Source: Lytechinus pictus
Taxonomy: Eukaryota
NCBI RefSeq assembly: GCF_037042905.1
Contig: NC_087251.1
Coordinates: 2,916,001 to 2,980,000, forward strand
Direction of reading: 5' to 3'
Length of the DNA stretch: 64,000 bases
In this document: piece by piece, positions 15,101 through 26,869 of the stretch
How the letters are laid out: each line of letters opens with the position of its first letter
Position numbering within the stretch: the first letter of the stretch is position 1
Notes under the pieces: model-generated
The model's input: only the letters and a program-made list of their open reading frames with translations
Told to the model about the DNA's origin: nothing
Database searches by the model: none
Made by a program: the position numbers and the translations under genes

Positions 15101-17353
15101 TCTTTTATTTTTTTCCTTTCATATATTTCTGTGGGGATGCAGTGAAAATATACAACAAAGTCTGGTCATGGTGTACTGTGTCCAAATAGCCCTTATAATT
15201 TACCATTTACCACCATCAGCTTAATAATAAAAAACAGCTTTGATTGGGTGTAATTGGCCTTTACTTATATTGAACTTTGAAGATAACTTTTCAGATACAT
15301 GTACATGCATGCATATTTGCATGGTTCTCACCCCAAATCCTAAACAAAAGATCTATATAACTGTTTTAGGGAGATACCAGCTCCTCTACTCAGTTGCTCC
15401 ACCTGTCACCCTGCTTGGTCGCCCCACTACCTCACATTGTACTTTGACCTGTATTTCGGAAATCTGGATGTGATGACCTGAGGCGGTTTCACATAAGTGC
15501 TTAAAAACTTTTAATTTTGATGGTATATACTAATGTAATAATAAAGTTATAACTAAATATCTGTGAATGTCTTGTGCTACCATAATGGTACTGTACTGCA
15601 GGTTTTTTTTTTTACATTTTATTTATGACATTTGCAGGTGATATTCCAGGGTTCATCTTTAAACTGTATTTTACATACCCTCCCAATGGTAGATCCCTTT
15701 ATAATGGTTTAAATCAAATTCTGTTTACAGTCTGTGTATTGAAGCAGTTTGAAGAGGATTTTGAAGGAGAGAGACATGGTTTCTTAACAGTTCTGGTAGC
15801 AGTAAGTCAAGATCCAGTCTGTATTAGTCTCAAGACATTACCTGTATCACCTGATATGCAAGCTACTCAAATATGTAAGTATATCTAGTTCAATGATTAG
15901 GTGTATCTAACTGTTATACTATATTCCCCAATCTGGCTTATCCTGAATTATTTTACTCAAAAATCACTCCCTTCATGGAGTTCCTGTTGAGATCATGATG
16001 ATCCCATTGCAGTGGGAACACAGAGGCTGCTGTCTTTATACAGTTAACAATGATTTGAACACAGTTTATTCAAATAACCAAGACCTCTATTAAAAAGCTT
16101 GAACATGTTTTTATATAGGGGGGGGGGGGGTCGTCATTCCCTATTGTTCTCACGGTTCTTGTTGGATGGCTAGGGTCTGGATATGGATTCAGCAGATTTT
16201 TTTTGCAGAGAATGATGAATTCGCTGAACCACAAATTTTATTTGCTTTTTTCTGATGTATTTGCCCATGAACTGCAATTTTATTTGCCCATGTGTAATTT
16301 CTTCTAAATTTTGTTCATTGTTCTAATAATGTGTGTTATTTCCCTCTGCAGGTGAAATGTTAGCTCATCGAATGGATCTAGAAGATACTCAAGACTATAG
16401 GCTATATTTACTAAGAGACTCAGAAGGTGAGTAACTTATAGTATCTCTTAAACCATTTGTATATTTACTAATTCCTTGTGAAATCCACCTGAACAAAAAG
16501 ATGGTTTGAATAAAAAGAGAAAAATCAAACAAGCATAACACTGAAAATTTCATCAAAATCGTATGTAAAAAAAGAAAGATATGATCTTTCAAAGTTTCGT
16601 TTCATTTCACAAAATAGTTATATTCACATCCTGGTCTTATGCAAATGAGGAGACTGATGACATCATCAACTCACTATTTTTTTTGTATTTCATTACATGG
16701 AATATGAAATATTCTGATTTTCTCCTCATTGTCATAAGAAACAAAGTTTTATTCCTCCATGAACATGTATAATTATCATTGTAAAATTTTGTGGTTTAAA
16801 CAAGAGAGTCTTTATTGTCTAATCTGTAAAATTTAAAAATTTGTATAGTTCAAACAATAAAAAACAATAGTGAGTAGAGAACATCATCGAATCATTCATT
16901 TGCATATCACTGAGTTGTGCATAAAACTGTTTTGTGAAAAATAAGTGAAACTTTAAAGTGTCACAACTTTCTTATTTTACACCCGATTTTCATAAAATTT
17001 TCAGTGTTAGGCTACTTTGATTTTTCTCTTTTAATTCGAATCAACATTTTGTTTGGGTGGACTTGACCTCTAAGTAAGAGATAAAAGAAAAAAAAATCAA
17101 TTTTTCTGCTTGCTCACACGGAATTTGTGTAAAATCAGTAAAATCATTAATGAAAACAAAACCCTTTTACAAAAAGAGATATAATCAGAGTAAATTAAAT
17201 CTCTTTTATCTTTCAGAGATTGGAGTAGAAGATTGTGAATGTCCATTGGATATCAAGAATGAAGAAGAATCAGATGGAAGGAGAAGCTGTCGTTTTGTAT
17301 TCAGACCAGTACATACAGAAGTTAATTGGCCTCGTACTAGTGGATTGAGATAG
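2916..17353 (+). CDS. RIN2: RIN-family Ras/Rab interactor (Rab5 GEF; SH2-PR-RH-VPS9-RA), multi-exon gene model, 5' end unresolved
   Basis: 14 exons with canonical AG/GT ends join in consistent phase to 3069 nt (1022 aa + stop). SH2 start RLVHTKPIWYL...GTFVVRQ, Pro-rich PPPPPR, RH-like IRQFMSGTKNYL, VPS9 GADDFLP and EGGYYLTT motifs, C-terminal RA-like domain. The symbol marks the family; the RIN1/2/3 paralog cannot be resolved. Confidence 0.9.
3510..3624 (+). CDS. RIN2: RIN exon, SH2 core (TFVVRQ...PYIESYPIE)
   Basis: tttgcag acceptor, G|gtaatt donor; FVVR equals the SH2 FLVR motif. Confidence 0.9.
4141..4305 (+). CDS. RIN2: RIN exon, SH2 C-terminal part
   Basis: ttgcag/gtatt ends; FPLLDNLIAYH...LPCLLTLPKAV matches the RIN SH2 end. 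Confidence 0.9.
4738..5005 (-). mobile_element. L2-type LINE 3' fragment
   Basis: Minus strand reads AFSASAPSLWNNLPLNLRT...LKSKLK, followed by a (TTA)n tail. Confidence 0.7.
5105..6490 (+). CDS. RIN2: RIN large exon, disordered Pro/Ser/acidic linker
   Basis: ttttcag acceptor, G|gtaagt donor; lies in ORF 5062..6570; starts DFWKS, contains YPPPRCAPPPPPR. Confidence 0.9.
7036..7135 (+). CDS. RIN2: RIN exon (basic segment before RH domain)
   Basis: cacag/gtaac ends, phase 1 to 2 matches neighbours. Confidence 0.82.
7975..8158 (+). CDS. RIN2: RIN exon, RH / helical-bundle region
   Basis: atag/gtgagt ends; LRSIRQFMSGTKNYLL. Confidence 0.9.
9265..9610 (+). mobile_element. L2-type LINE 3' fragment
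   Basis: AFAHAGPNLWNSLPQSLKT...FKGSLKTYLF ORF2 C-terminus, then GCGCTATA...TATT tail. Confidence 0.75.
9864..9982 (+). CDS. RIN2: RIN exon, helical-bundle region (first of several possible donors)
   Basis: atacag acceptor; LEAIVESALYQCVLEPLK; donor AG|gtcaga in phase 2. Confidence 0.85.
9951..10318 (+). repeat. 63-bp tandem repeat (6 copies) spanning a RIN exon/intron junction; 7th partial copy at 11331-11387
   Basis: Unit starts at 9951, 10014, 10080, 10143, 10206, 10269; core GGAATGAGCTGCATCAATGAATATAACAGGTCAGA. Confidence 0.95.
10319..11330 (-). mobile_element. CR1/L2-group (Crack-like) LINE, 5'-truncated and decayed
   Basis: Minus-strand RT C-terminal motifs WLYFNKLSLNASKTNFMI, AVRII, LWNSLP; AATAAACTTGAA 3' tail. 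Confidence 0.75.
11456..11531 (+). CDS. RIN2: RIN exon (NGSMALMDHNIMQAKKRTPEELGIK)
   Basis: attag/gtatta ends, phase 2 to 0; TPEELGI motif preceding VPS9. Confidence 0.85.
12571..12702 (+). CDS. RIN2: RIN exon, VPS9 start (LQEAYSPINKMDLLL)
   Basis: ttgcag/gtaagt ends; YSPxxK VPS9 motif. Confidence 0.9.
13030..13625. mobile_element. Kolobok/T2-type MITE (family A, copy 1)
   Basis: TTAA|AGGTCAAGTC...GACTTGTCCT|TTAG ends, long imperfect inverted arms; homologous to copies at ~16480 and 47504. Confidence 0.8.
13728..13779 (+). CDS. RIN2: RIN exon, VPS9 (...SMGAD)
   Basis: tttgcag/gtatgt ends; joins next exon to give GADDFLP. Confidence 0.9.
14278..14421 (+). CDS. RIN2: RIN exon, VPS9 core
   Basis: cttcag/gtgagt ends; DFLPMLIYVL...YMWGLLDPSMLSGEGGYYLTTL. 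Confidence 0.93.
15731..15874 (+). CDS. RIN2: RIN exon, VPS9 end / RA domain start
   Basis: ttacag/gtaagt ends; GFLTVLV...KTLPVSP. Confidence 0.88.
16352..16426 (+). CDS. RIN2: RIN exon, RA domain
   Basis: ctgcag/gtgagt ends; CEMLAHRMDLEDTQDYRLYL. Confidence 0.88.
16480..17072. mobile_element. Kolobok/T2-type MITE (family A, copy 2)
   Basis: Same internal sequence and GGGTGGACTTGACCT end; left end degraded. Confidence 0.75.
17217..17353 (+). CDS. RIN2: RIN terminal coding exon, RA domain end
   Basis: tttcag acceptor; CPLDIK...CRFVFR; TAG stop at 17351-17353. Confidence 0.88.
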
Positions 17354-19261
17354 ATGATGCTTCACAATTATTTATATTATAGTTATTTTCAACCTTATTT
17401 AAACTAGTGCCATAATCATAAACATTTTGGTCATTTTGCTTGATCAGGAACAAAATAATATGTGGACTTCTGGAGATATATAGTATTTTTAAAAATTTGT
17501 TGCAAATTACTTCATAGTGATTATACAACCTTTTATGGTTTGATTTGATTTTTAGGCATCCACAGATTTTTATTTGATGGAGTAAGTTTAAATCAGGCTC
17601 ATAGAAGTGAAAGATATGTTTTGGGGTTTCAAGGACCAAAATCAAAGGAAGTCATTATGTACCTAAAGTGTGTTTTCTTTCATGATAAATAAAGAAGCGC
17701 TTCACAAAGTAACTTCAAAATTGATTGATATATGGGCAATTCTATAAAATGATAAACCTTTTTGTACGTCCGGCCCCCATTTTCTCAAGTCTTACTTCAC
17801 ATAAACTGTGCAAGTCATTGTCCTTTGAGAACATTACAGACTGTCAAAAGAAAAAGGAAATCAGAGACAGAAAAGTTCATGAAGGTCCACACACATAGGA
17901 GATCGCACGTGCACATTTTATGGAATTGCCCTTGTGTATATTGGAGTAACAATCTGATTAAGCATGAAATACATTATTCTTGACATTAGAAATATCAAAT
18001 ATTTCCAATTTTTCATTTTATGGCATTGTCAGTGACAAGGCATACATTTTGACTACACATACTGGAGAATCCATCTAGTTTACAGAAAAAAAAAATCCTT
18101 TATAAATTTTGTTCATTGTAATAATATACTGTAGTACTATTGTTGGTGCCTTAGAAAATTACTTACATATTACCAAGTAGCAAGTATCAGGTGATTTCAT
18201 AAAAGGGCAATACAAATGCCTTGGCCTATCCATTTATACTCACAAATGTGATTAGCCTTTAATGAAATTTTTCATAAATGTTCCAATGTCAACTAAATCC
18301 TGTTCTCTGAATTAAGCCTTGTTCTTTTTTTTTATATCATTGACACCCCCCAAAAAAATAATTGCAAGTGAAATTGATGGTCAGTAGATTTTCAAAATTA
18401 TGCTGATAGTCGGGATTATGCTTATTGTTTTCAAATATGATAACCAAAATTAATTTTAATGAAAGGTCATAATCTGCCCCCTCTTTTAATACTTTTAAAG
18501 ATTTTCGCAAATTTAGTGGATAAATTGACATTTGGCAACCAGAATTTTACTTATCTCTAGATGAAAAGTCCTGAAATTTCCAACTAGAATTATTAAATTG
18601 GAGACTAATAGTTGTGAAATTAATAACCAAAATCATGAATTTGACACTGAGTTTGAAGGTTGTGAAATTGACAAGTCACAAAATACAAGACAGTAAGTCA
18701 TGTGATTGTCCATTCTTAAAAGTCATCATACTTTTGGATATGCAGATAAAGAGATATCATAGAGGTATTTGAAGAACAATTTTGAGGATAATGTGTGCAA
18801 CCTTTATAGTGATTAAACTGTAGGCCTGTCTATCTTCTTCCTTTGCTGTTGATGCAAAGAATATCTTCTACACTCATACAGATACACTAGCTACAGCAGC
18901 ACAGCAATGCAAAAAAGTAACAAAATCTGTCTGCATGCATGCTCGCTTTCATGTAGTGCCATCTTGTGGCCATAACAACACATACTAAACACATCTATTT
19001 TAATCTAATATTGCTTCCTATTTCCCACAATATTGCCATGATTTTTAATGTGGTATTCATGAGATAGCAAATTAAATAAATGCTTTTATAGGGATTATCC
19101 TAACAAGGTTGACAGCGTTTTGCAGCATAATGGTGTTTAGAAAGGATATTATTTGTAAATCGATACAGGTTTTGAAAGTTTGTTGCAGTACTTTCTTGTG
19201 AGCTGCTGTGTAGGCCTACAATAATGTGTGTATCTGAATATTTGTCCATATTATTGAACTG

Positions 19262-19443
19262 GGAGCCGTTTCATAACTGTTCGCAAGTTAAGAGTGACTT
19301 TAAGAACGACTGGTGATCCTATCTTGTGGTAAATGATAATTCACCATTAAATGTTCATCGGTGATTATTTAGTGCATAAGAAAGGATCACCAGTCATTCT
19401 TAAAGTTGCTCTTAACTTACTAACAGCTTTATTAGAAAACCCA
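19262..19443. mobile_element. Short palindromic MITE
   Basis: Arms 19283-19320 and 19383-19420 are near-perfect reverse complements. Confidence 0.7.
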
Positions 19444-20909
19444 ATAGGTGCACTATTAGTCTCTCTCTGAAAAAAGGGGCAACAAGCAATTTTGTAAATA
19501 AGTTCATAAGTTCATTTTATTTGTCTTCCAACTTTGAGTCTGAATACATGACAAACATACAAGTGTGTATGAAACAATAAGCAGAGTACATGATAAAACA
19601 TACAAGTATACATAAAACAGAGTATGCAGAAAACATTGTTTTTAAATACATTATACAGCTTAAGACAGAAAAGAAATAATTTTAAAGGAAGACGAGGAGA
19701 CCTAAGTGAAGCAATGCTTGTAAATTAAGGTTCCTCATTACGAATTCAAAGAACATTGGATAAACAACACAGAAATGGCAATATAATATAATATGATAAC
19801 TAAAGAGAGAGGCGGGAGAGAAGAGGGACACATTTATGTACAAAAGGGACAAAAAAGGGACATGAGGACAGAGACCAGCCAGGCCCGGGAAAGGGGGGGG
19901 GGGGGTGAAACGTATTGATAATTTAGCATTAACTGATAAATAGGCCTTGTACAGTGTGATTGCAAACATGATAATCTCTCCTCTTAGCCAGGCAAAATTA
20001 CATTTAAAAAATGAAATAAAAAGTAGTTTCAACACAATTTCCCCTTGACACTATGTCATCTTGTTTCTATTTTTAGAAATAATAATTTGATGTTAATAAT
20101 ATTGGGTATGTTGGTAGATTATTCCTTATTCAGGTTTAATATTGAATATGCAGTTCAAAGCTTATTTCAATATGCAATCAATGAAAAAGTATTTCTAAAC
20201 TTATCAATTGCGTAAAATATTGATAATAAACCAATAGTTATATCATGTTTTTAAATGTACAGGCAAATTTTTAAGTGTGAATTAAGCATGGTAAATTTCA
20301 AGGGCCTTGTGTCAGTCAATATATAAAGATTTGGTTTCTAAAATTCAGACAAATAACATATACTTGTACACAATTCTTGCATACTCATGTACATGAATCT
20401 ATAATATATATATATTTAGGTAAAGTGGAAAGTTTTATCCAAGAATTGAAGGTTGAAAAGGAAGCTCACTATATAGCATAGAGAACCAAAGAAAATGTCT
20501 TTCATATTTTTAAGCATATCAGTAAGATAAATTAATGTACAGAACTACTTCTTCAATGGCATTACATGTAGATAAAGTGAGTGTACTGGTTATTTTTGTA
20601 TGAGACTTCCATGAAGTTAGAAGTTTGTACAGTTATTGATATTCTTGGAGTGCACACTGTTTTGTTTTGGATCAAGATGTAGACTACCTGACAGACATTC
20701 ATCTCAATAGTCAAGATTGATAGAAAAAAAATAATTGTTAAAAATTATGAAAGCAATGTATTCTGATAATAAGGTATGGTGTTTGAAAGAGAAGACTGTT
20801 CAGACTGCAGCCATGATAGCTAAAACAAACAGTGCAATACAGCTGTGTAGTGACAATGCTGGTTTTTCAACTGTACAATGAGTTGATAAAAGCAGCTATT
20901 TTTAATTGG

Positions 20910-21360
20910 CAAGTCCCCTCCAACAAAGACCTGATTTGAATAAAAAGGGAAAACTTAGACCAGCTTAATGCTGAAAATTGTTGTAACCTACTGTGATTGT
21001 TAACAAAGTCTCAAATCTACAAAATATTAAATATTGTATAATTCAATCAATAATATACAGAAGAAACAAAAAGATTGAGGGACATCATGGAATATCTCAT
21101 TTCTATGTAACTGTGGTGTGCATATAGTTGTTTTGGGGAAAGTACGCTAATTTTTAAAATGTCATAACTTATGATGATGTCATAACATCTGAATTTCATA
21201 ACATCTGATGTCATAACATATGAACAATCAGATGTCATAACATCTGAATGATGTCATAACATCTGAACTTATAATGATGTCATAACATCTGAATTTTGAT
21301 ATTTTCAGTGTTGTGCCGAGTTGCTTTTTCTCTTGTAATTCAAATAAATTTTTGTTTGAA
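20910..21360. mobile_element. Degenerate family-A MITE with internal GATGTCATAACATCT tandem expansion
   Basis: Shares GATTTGAATAAA, TTAAAATGTCATAACTT and ATTTTCAGTG motifs with family A; tandem repeat at ~21166-21295. Confidence 0.6.
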
Positions 21361-22037
21361 ACCATATCAAACGTTTCTCTCTGTAAAAATATGATAAACA
21401 GCCTAAGATTAATACAAATGTCTATACCAGGAATATAGCACTCTTGTAATAGATTTTGGATGTCTGCACCTGTAAACTTATTTGCATTTGCAAAAGAGAT
21501 ATCCTTCACTATTCAACTTTCTATTGATAAATAAAGTTGTATTTTAAAGAGATGGGGGTAATTTCCATGCAAATGTGAGAAATGCATCTCAGCAACTTGA
21601 TTAATTTATCCTTAGATATTTAATGTTTATTTCAATCATATTTGATTTATAAATATTTATCATATATTGTATCATACTTGTAACATTTGGAATGATTCTT
21701 TTGAATGAATTTATCAGTTCATTTATCTTCTGGATAATGATTTATTTGTGTATCATATGATATTAATATGTATTAGTGAAATAAATTCACAATTTTGAAC
21801 AATCAAGAAAATTTTTCCTTTATGTTTTGAATAGTGAGACAATATTTAATGAGTATCTAATGAATGAGAAACCTGAATTGATATGACAATGATAGGGTTA
21901 AAGTTAGGGTTGACCATGCTGATTATAGAGATGATTAGTAAACATGGTCATAATGATTATAGCGAGTTTGTTCTCGAATAGTGTTCATATCAGATAACTT
22001 ATGACACTCCTCATACTCTTAAATTGTTACCCTGATG

Positions 22038-23431
22038 CACTGGCGTAAATCCCGGGGGGGATGGGGGGGATATATCCCCCCAACTTTTCGAGGAGGGGGG
22101 GATGGCCTGTACAAACATCCCCCCCACTTTTTACGAAAGAAATAAAAAAAAAATCACAAGAGATAATTGTTTTATTGGTGAAAATTCTTCCTAAAATACC
22201 GCTTAACAAATAAAACAATATTATTGAATCATAAAATGCAAATAAAGAGCCAGTTCACCATTTCCAAACGAAATACTTATGTCCTTATTATAACATTGAA
22301 GAGAAATCCCTGTTTCCAATCCATCAATGTTGGGGTCTTTGGGAAGGGATTAAGATGGAATGTCATTTTTTTTTCAATGTAATCTCTAATAAAACAATTA
22401 AACCATCATGGGGTAAAAAGATAATAATATTGGAGGGGTATTTGCCATATGGACATACAGTGGCGTAACTACGGGGGGGGGGGGGGGGGGGGGCATGGGG
22501 GGCACATGCTCCCCCCCCCCCCCATCGGCTGACCAAAACAAAAACGGGGAAATGGGGAAAAATAGAAAAGAGGGAGAAAGGAAGAGAAACGTAGTGGGAA
22601 AGAAGAAAATATTATTCATTATAATGTATTATAATTATGTTATGTTACATTACATAAGAAATATTTTTATCATAACTTCATGAAACATAATTTGCCCAGG
22701 GCCTACGTCTTCATAGTTCCTGGTGCTCGCATTGTCTGTTCAACGAGATATATAATCCTGTTGTACTAAAACATCCCGTTTTCAAGTCAATATAAACTAA
22801 ATATATTTCCTAGCACTTGAGTTATCATTGTTTTATGTAGTGACATGAGCTTCTTTTACATGATTAAAAAGGTGATTGCCCAATGTTAAGGTCTTCGTAT
22901 ATATAAAAACATTTCCTTCCGTGATTACGTTCGCATTAGTGGATTGGTGAGATATGTCTGCTCTTCATGAATTCCTAAAATCAGTCCTTGAAATGTCTCT
23001 TCTTCTGATCTGAATATCAAAAATTTTCAGCTCGCGCTTCGCGCTCGCATCATTTGGTTAATGAAATACGTATGGTCCTAGTTAATTCCTACAAAGAAAC
23101 CTTAGAATGCCCCACTTCAGGTCTTAATTATCTAAATTTTCAGCTCGCGCTTCGCGCTCGCATTATTTGATCAGTGAGATACATATCCGTTCAATGACAT
23201 TGTCCTTAAAATGTCTCTATTAGGTCAGAATAACTAGCAACCGAGCGCGCTTCGCGCGCTCACTCAGTGATTCGAAAATTTTGCTGGTGCCCCCACAATG
23301 CCGTGACCCACGGTATGCCACTGTGGACATATCAATTACAATTCCTTGCATATCTAAAAACATGATAACAAAAAAAAAGCCAAAATATTTCAGTCATCCC
23401 CCCCACCCCTCAACACGGATTTACGCCAGTG
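22038..23431. mobile_element. hAT-type non-autonomous element (outer)
   Basis: TIR CACTGGCGTAAATCC / GGATTTACGCCAGTG; perfect 8-bp TSD CCCTGATG. Confidence 0.9.
22458..23323. mobile_element. hAT-type non-autonomous element (inner, nested)
   Basis: TIR CAGTGGCGTA / TATGCCACTG; perfect 8-bp TSD TGGACATA. Confidence 0.9.
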
Positions 23432-24284
23432 CCCTGATGTAAACATAGCTGCCACTATAGTAATGGAGTCACCTCGCCTAGGTCCAGATAGAGAATTTTT
23501 TAATTGCATATTCATTTCTAGACTACTACATAAATACCTTCAAAATAGCCTGCTTTGTGTTAAAGGCATATAAAGAAGGTGGAGTGTAGCACTGTAGCAT
23601 GTGCAAGCACACATTGTCATGAACATTTGATATGTTTACCACATATATTCAACTGTGAATATTAGCAAAGACAGTATAGGTTTATTGATATTTCCCCAAA
23701 CAACATATAATATGACATTATTGAATAGGTCACAAAAGTTGTTACTGGAAAAAGAATCGTCTCATTTTACAATTGGACCTAAAAAATATAGTCCTCTAGA
23801 TTTAACCTTTCTTGCATTATTTTATTGTTGAACACATTGTGTTAATGGGGACATACTGAAAATAATTTTATGATTGAAATTATGCGAATATGAAATACAC
23901 ATACTGCTCACTGCACATAAAATATTTCAGCTTTGGGGGAAAAAATAATTTCAAAGAAAACTATGATCATCAAAATTCTATAAAACCCTGATGAAACCAA
24001 TCTTCTGTCCCTTTGATGTAATTTTGTACAATTGGGCTAACCTAAGTTACAACAGTCATAATATTTTGATGATCCTGACTAACGCTTCACCCAATTTTGT
24101 AACCTGTAGAATGATACTGATATTCACGTATGTGTCTCCCCCCCCCCCCCCCCCAAAAAAAAAGTGGAAACCTGTTTCCAGAGATGCAGTTGATATCACA
24201 ATCAAATGTTTTGATTATGAATTTGTCACTAATAGGAATAATGAGATCAGTTTGTTGATATAAGATTACTGGCAATAACGTGAC

Positions 24285-25020
24285 ACAACATTTGCTCCTG
24301 CGACAATTGCTCCGCGGGCTTAAATTCGTCTGATACCCTTTTTACACACGCTAAAATTTCCTTAACCCCGTACTATAGGTGGGGCTAAATTGCCATTTAG
24401 CCCCACCTATAGTACGGGGTTAAGCTTAGCCCACTTTCTTTTTACACAGCATTTTTGCAAAGTGGGCTAACCCCACCTTTAGTACGGGATTATTTGGCCC
24501 TGCAAAAAAGCAGGGTTATCCCAGCAATTGCGGTGCTAAGAGCGATAGTACGGGGTTAAGATCGCTAGTGTAAAACGAAAGTGGGCTAAGCTTAACCCCG
24601 TACTATAGGTGGGCTTAGCCCCACCTATAGTACGGGGTTAAGGAAATTTTAGCGTGTGTAAAAATGTACGAGTGAAGTACTTGTACTACGAATGATCGAC
24701 AAAAACCACTAGTCCGGGCCGGTTAGCGAGTTTCGTGTGTGAAAAGCAAGCATTCCTTATCCGGGGTTAGCGATAACAATTTGGCATGTTTGAAAAGGAA
24801 AAAAAATAGTACGGGGTTAAGGATAGTACGGGGTTAGCGATAGTCCGGGGTTAAGAAAATCCTGTGTAAAAAGGGTATGAGATGTAGGGTTACAGTTGCA
24901 ATAGGGTTTTATGTTAGGTTTAGGTTTAGGGTATTGTGTTAAACCCAGGGTTGAAGTTGGTCATTCATTTAGTGTGTTGAATTTAGAGCAGAGCAATTGT
25001 CGCCGGAGCAAATGTCATGG
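24285..25020. mobile_element. MITE with ACATTTGCTCC.GCGACAATTGCTC inverted ends (host of nested element)
   Basis: Inverted ends at ~24288-24313 and ~24991-25017; TAGGGTT-like internal repeats; related copies at ~46045 and ~60572. Confidence 0.7.
24334..24877. mobile_element. PIF/Harbinger-like MITE (nested)
   Basis: Perfect 15-bp TIR TACCCTTTTTACACA; 3-bp TSD TGA. Confidence 0.85.
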
Positions 25021-25501
25021 AACAATCTGAAGCATGATAGAAACAATTTGGCCAAAAACCCATGTACGAATCTTAATATTTTGGTAAAAACTATGAGAAA
25101 AAATAAATAATTGCATTCTACTGAGAATTCCGGTTACTTGTTTCTGGGACGCACTGCAATAGTTAACATGGCATAATCAAAACCTTCACTTTTGTTCCTA
25201 GTCACTTCGGTATACGGGTTCTTAAGGATGGATAGAACCAGTCTGAACTTGATGACATCACAGTTGCCCGTGACAATGGCAAAATGTGATAGACCTGTTT
25301 GTATTAACCCAATTTTCTTGATACTATATTGGAGTTTAGAACTCTTGAGTACTTCGCTCGCTGTGAAAGATACAGAAATAATGCCGGAAAGATGATAATC
25401 TTCAACCCACTCCCACAATGATTTGCTTGTTTATGGGAAGAGAAAATCTAAAAGTACCATTGTTTAGAAACCTAGTCGAAGAAAACTAAAGGGACGTTTA
25501 G

Positions 25502-25654
25502 CAGGGGCCGCGGAAGCGGGGGGGGGGGGGGGGGCTTCAGCCCCCTTTTTTCAAAAACCGTGTACAAAAACGTAAAAATGACCATATATGAATGTGATTT
25601 TTTGCATGGTCAGCCCCCCCCCCCCCCACTTTGAAAACCGTTCCGCGGCACCTG
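25502..25654. mobile_element. Short MITE (CAGGGGCCGCGGAA ends)
   Basis: Inverted ends; homologous copy at 44981-45145. Confidence 0.65.
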
Positions 25655-26564
25655 TTATCTTGTCTACTTTTTACTGGGGTGGGACAATAATCCCCCTCCC
25701 CTCTTCCCCGACATTTCGCGCGATATGTCTGAGAAACCATTGATTATATAGCTTTCCATGACATTTTTCAACCTAATTCGTATCGGTTTGTAATAACGCC
25801 GCACTTTCAGCCCTTGCCTGCTTTGTGCATTGAGTCAAGTAAACATTTGTCTTTAAAATATGATGCTTTTCAAGTTATTTGAATCGTCTAATTTTCAAAT
25901 TATAAATCAACGATATAAAAGACATTTTATTATCTCATTTGATCTGAAACAGTACAAATCATGCCAACTGATGAGTTAGAATTTACAGTCAATTCAACTT
26001 CCTGATAAAATTTTGGACTTTGAACGGTTGTCGACTGAAATTCTTGTAATCCTATCTATAAATACCGGTATAATAATTTCTAATAGGAGTCTTAGAGAAA
26101 TTTGTAATACAAAATTCATGATCTTTCAATTTGAATTAACACGATTAAGAAATGTCTGTCAGTATCATTACTGAGACGAACTCGGGTGGTTTAATTTAAG
26201 CCTGGCGTAGGTTCGTGACCTCAAACTAGACAGAAAGCAGGGTCAAAGAGGAAAGAATACCTCGCTCGAATTTCCCTGTATATATTATTCGTTTCTATGA
26301 CAACCTTGGCTGTAAACTAAACAGAATACATAAAAGTATATTCATGTAAACCTTTTCAAAATTTCATTATAACTAAATTGGGCTGGAGGCTTTGGGGAGA
26401 AGCCGGGCACCAACAACAAGTGATAAGACAATTTTGAATTAAAAAAAATAAAAAGGTGTCAAAAAGCAGCAATATTAATATGTAATATTAATCTATCCTT
26501 GTCGGCTTTAATTTCTACACTTTACACTTTTTAGCATGCCTAAAAAGTTGCAGGTAAATGATAA

Positions 26565-26812
26565 CAGTAGCGCACGCAGGATTTTTTTTAAAGGAGGGGG
26601 GTTCAGTCGACTGAAATTGTGACAACCAAAAAAAAAAAGGTCTTAACCACCAATTTTTGGTCGTTCTCCTACCCCAAACAAAATTGACAAGCAAAAAAAA
26701 AAAGGTCTTCAAAAAATTTTAGGGGAAGTTTTGAATTCTTAGGGGTTGGGTTGGGTATACAACAAAGTAGGGGGGTTGAACCCCTGTAACCATCCCCCTG
26801 CGTACTTCACTG
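26565..26812. mobile_element. Short hAT-like MITE
   Basis: Imperfect TIR CAGTAGCGCACGCAGG / CCTGCGTACTTCACTG. Confidence 0.55.
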
Positions 26813-26869
26813 GATAATAAAAATAGGATATTTAAAAAGAAAACTACCTTTTAATAATTTGCAAAGTTC

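Noticed and set aside
22473..22525. Long G and C homopolymers as G-quadruplex signals
   Set aside because: They are subterminal runs of the MITE family, and homopolymer lengths are error-prone in assemblies.
25134..25418. Overlapping 94-aa (-) and 67-aa (+) ORFs in the intergenic region
   Set aside because: No recognisable domain or convincing splice partners; cannot be supported without a homology search.
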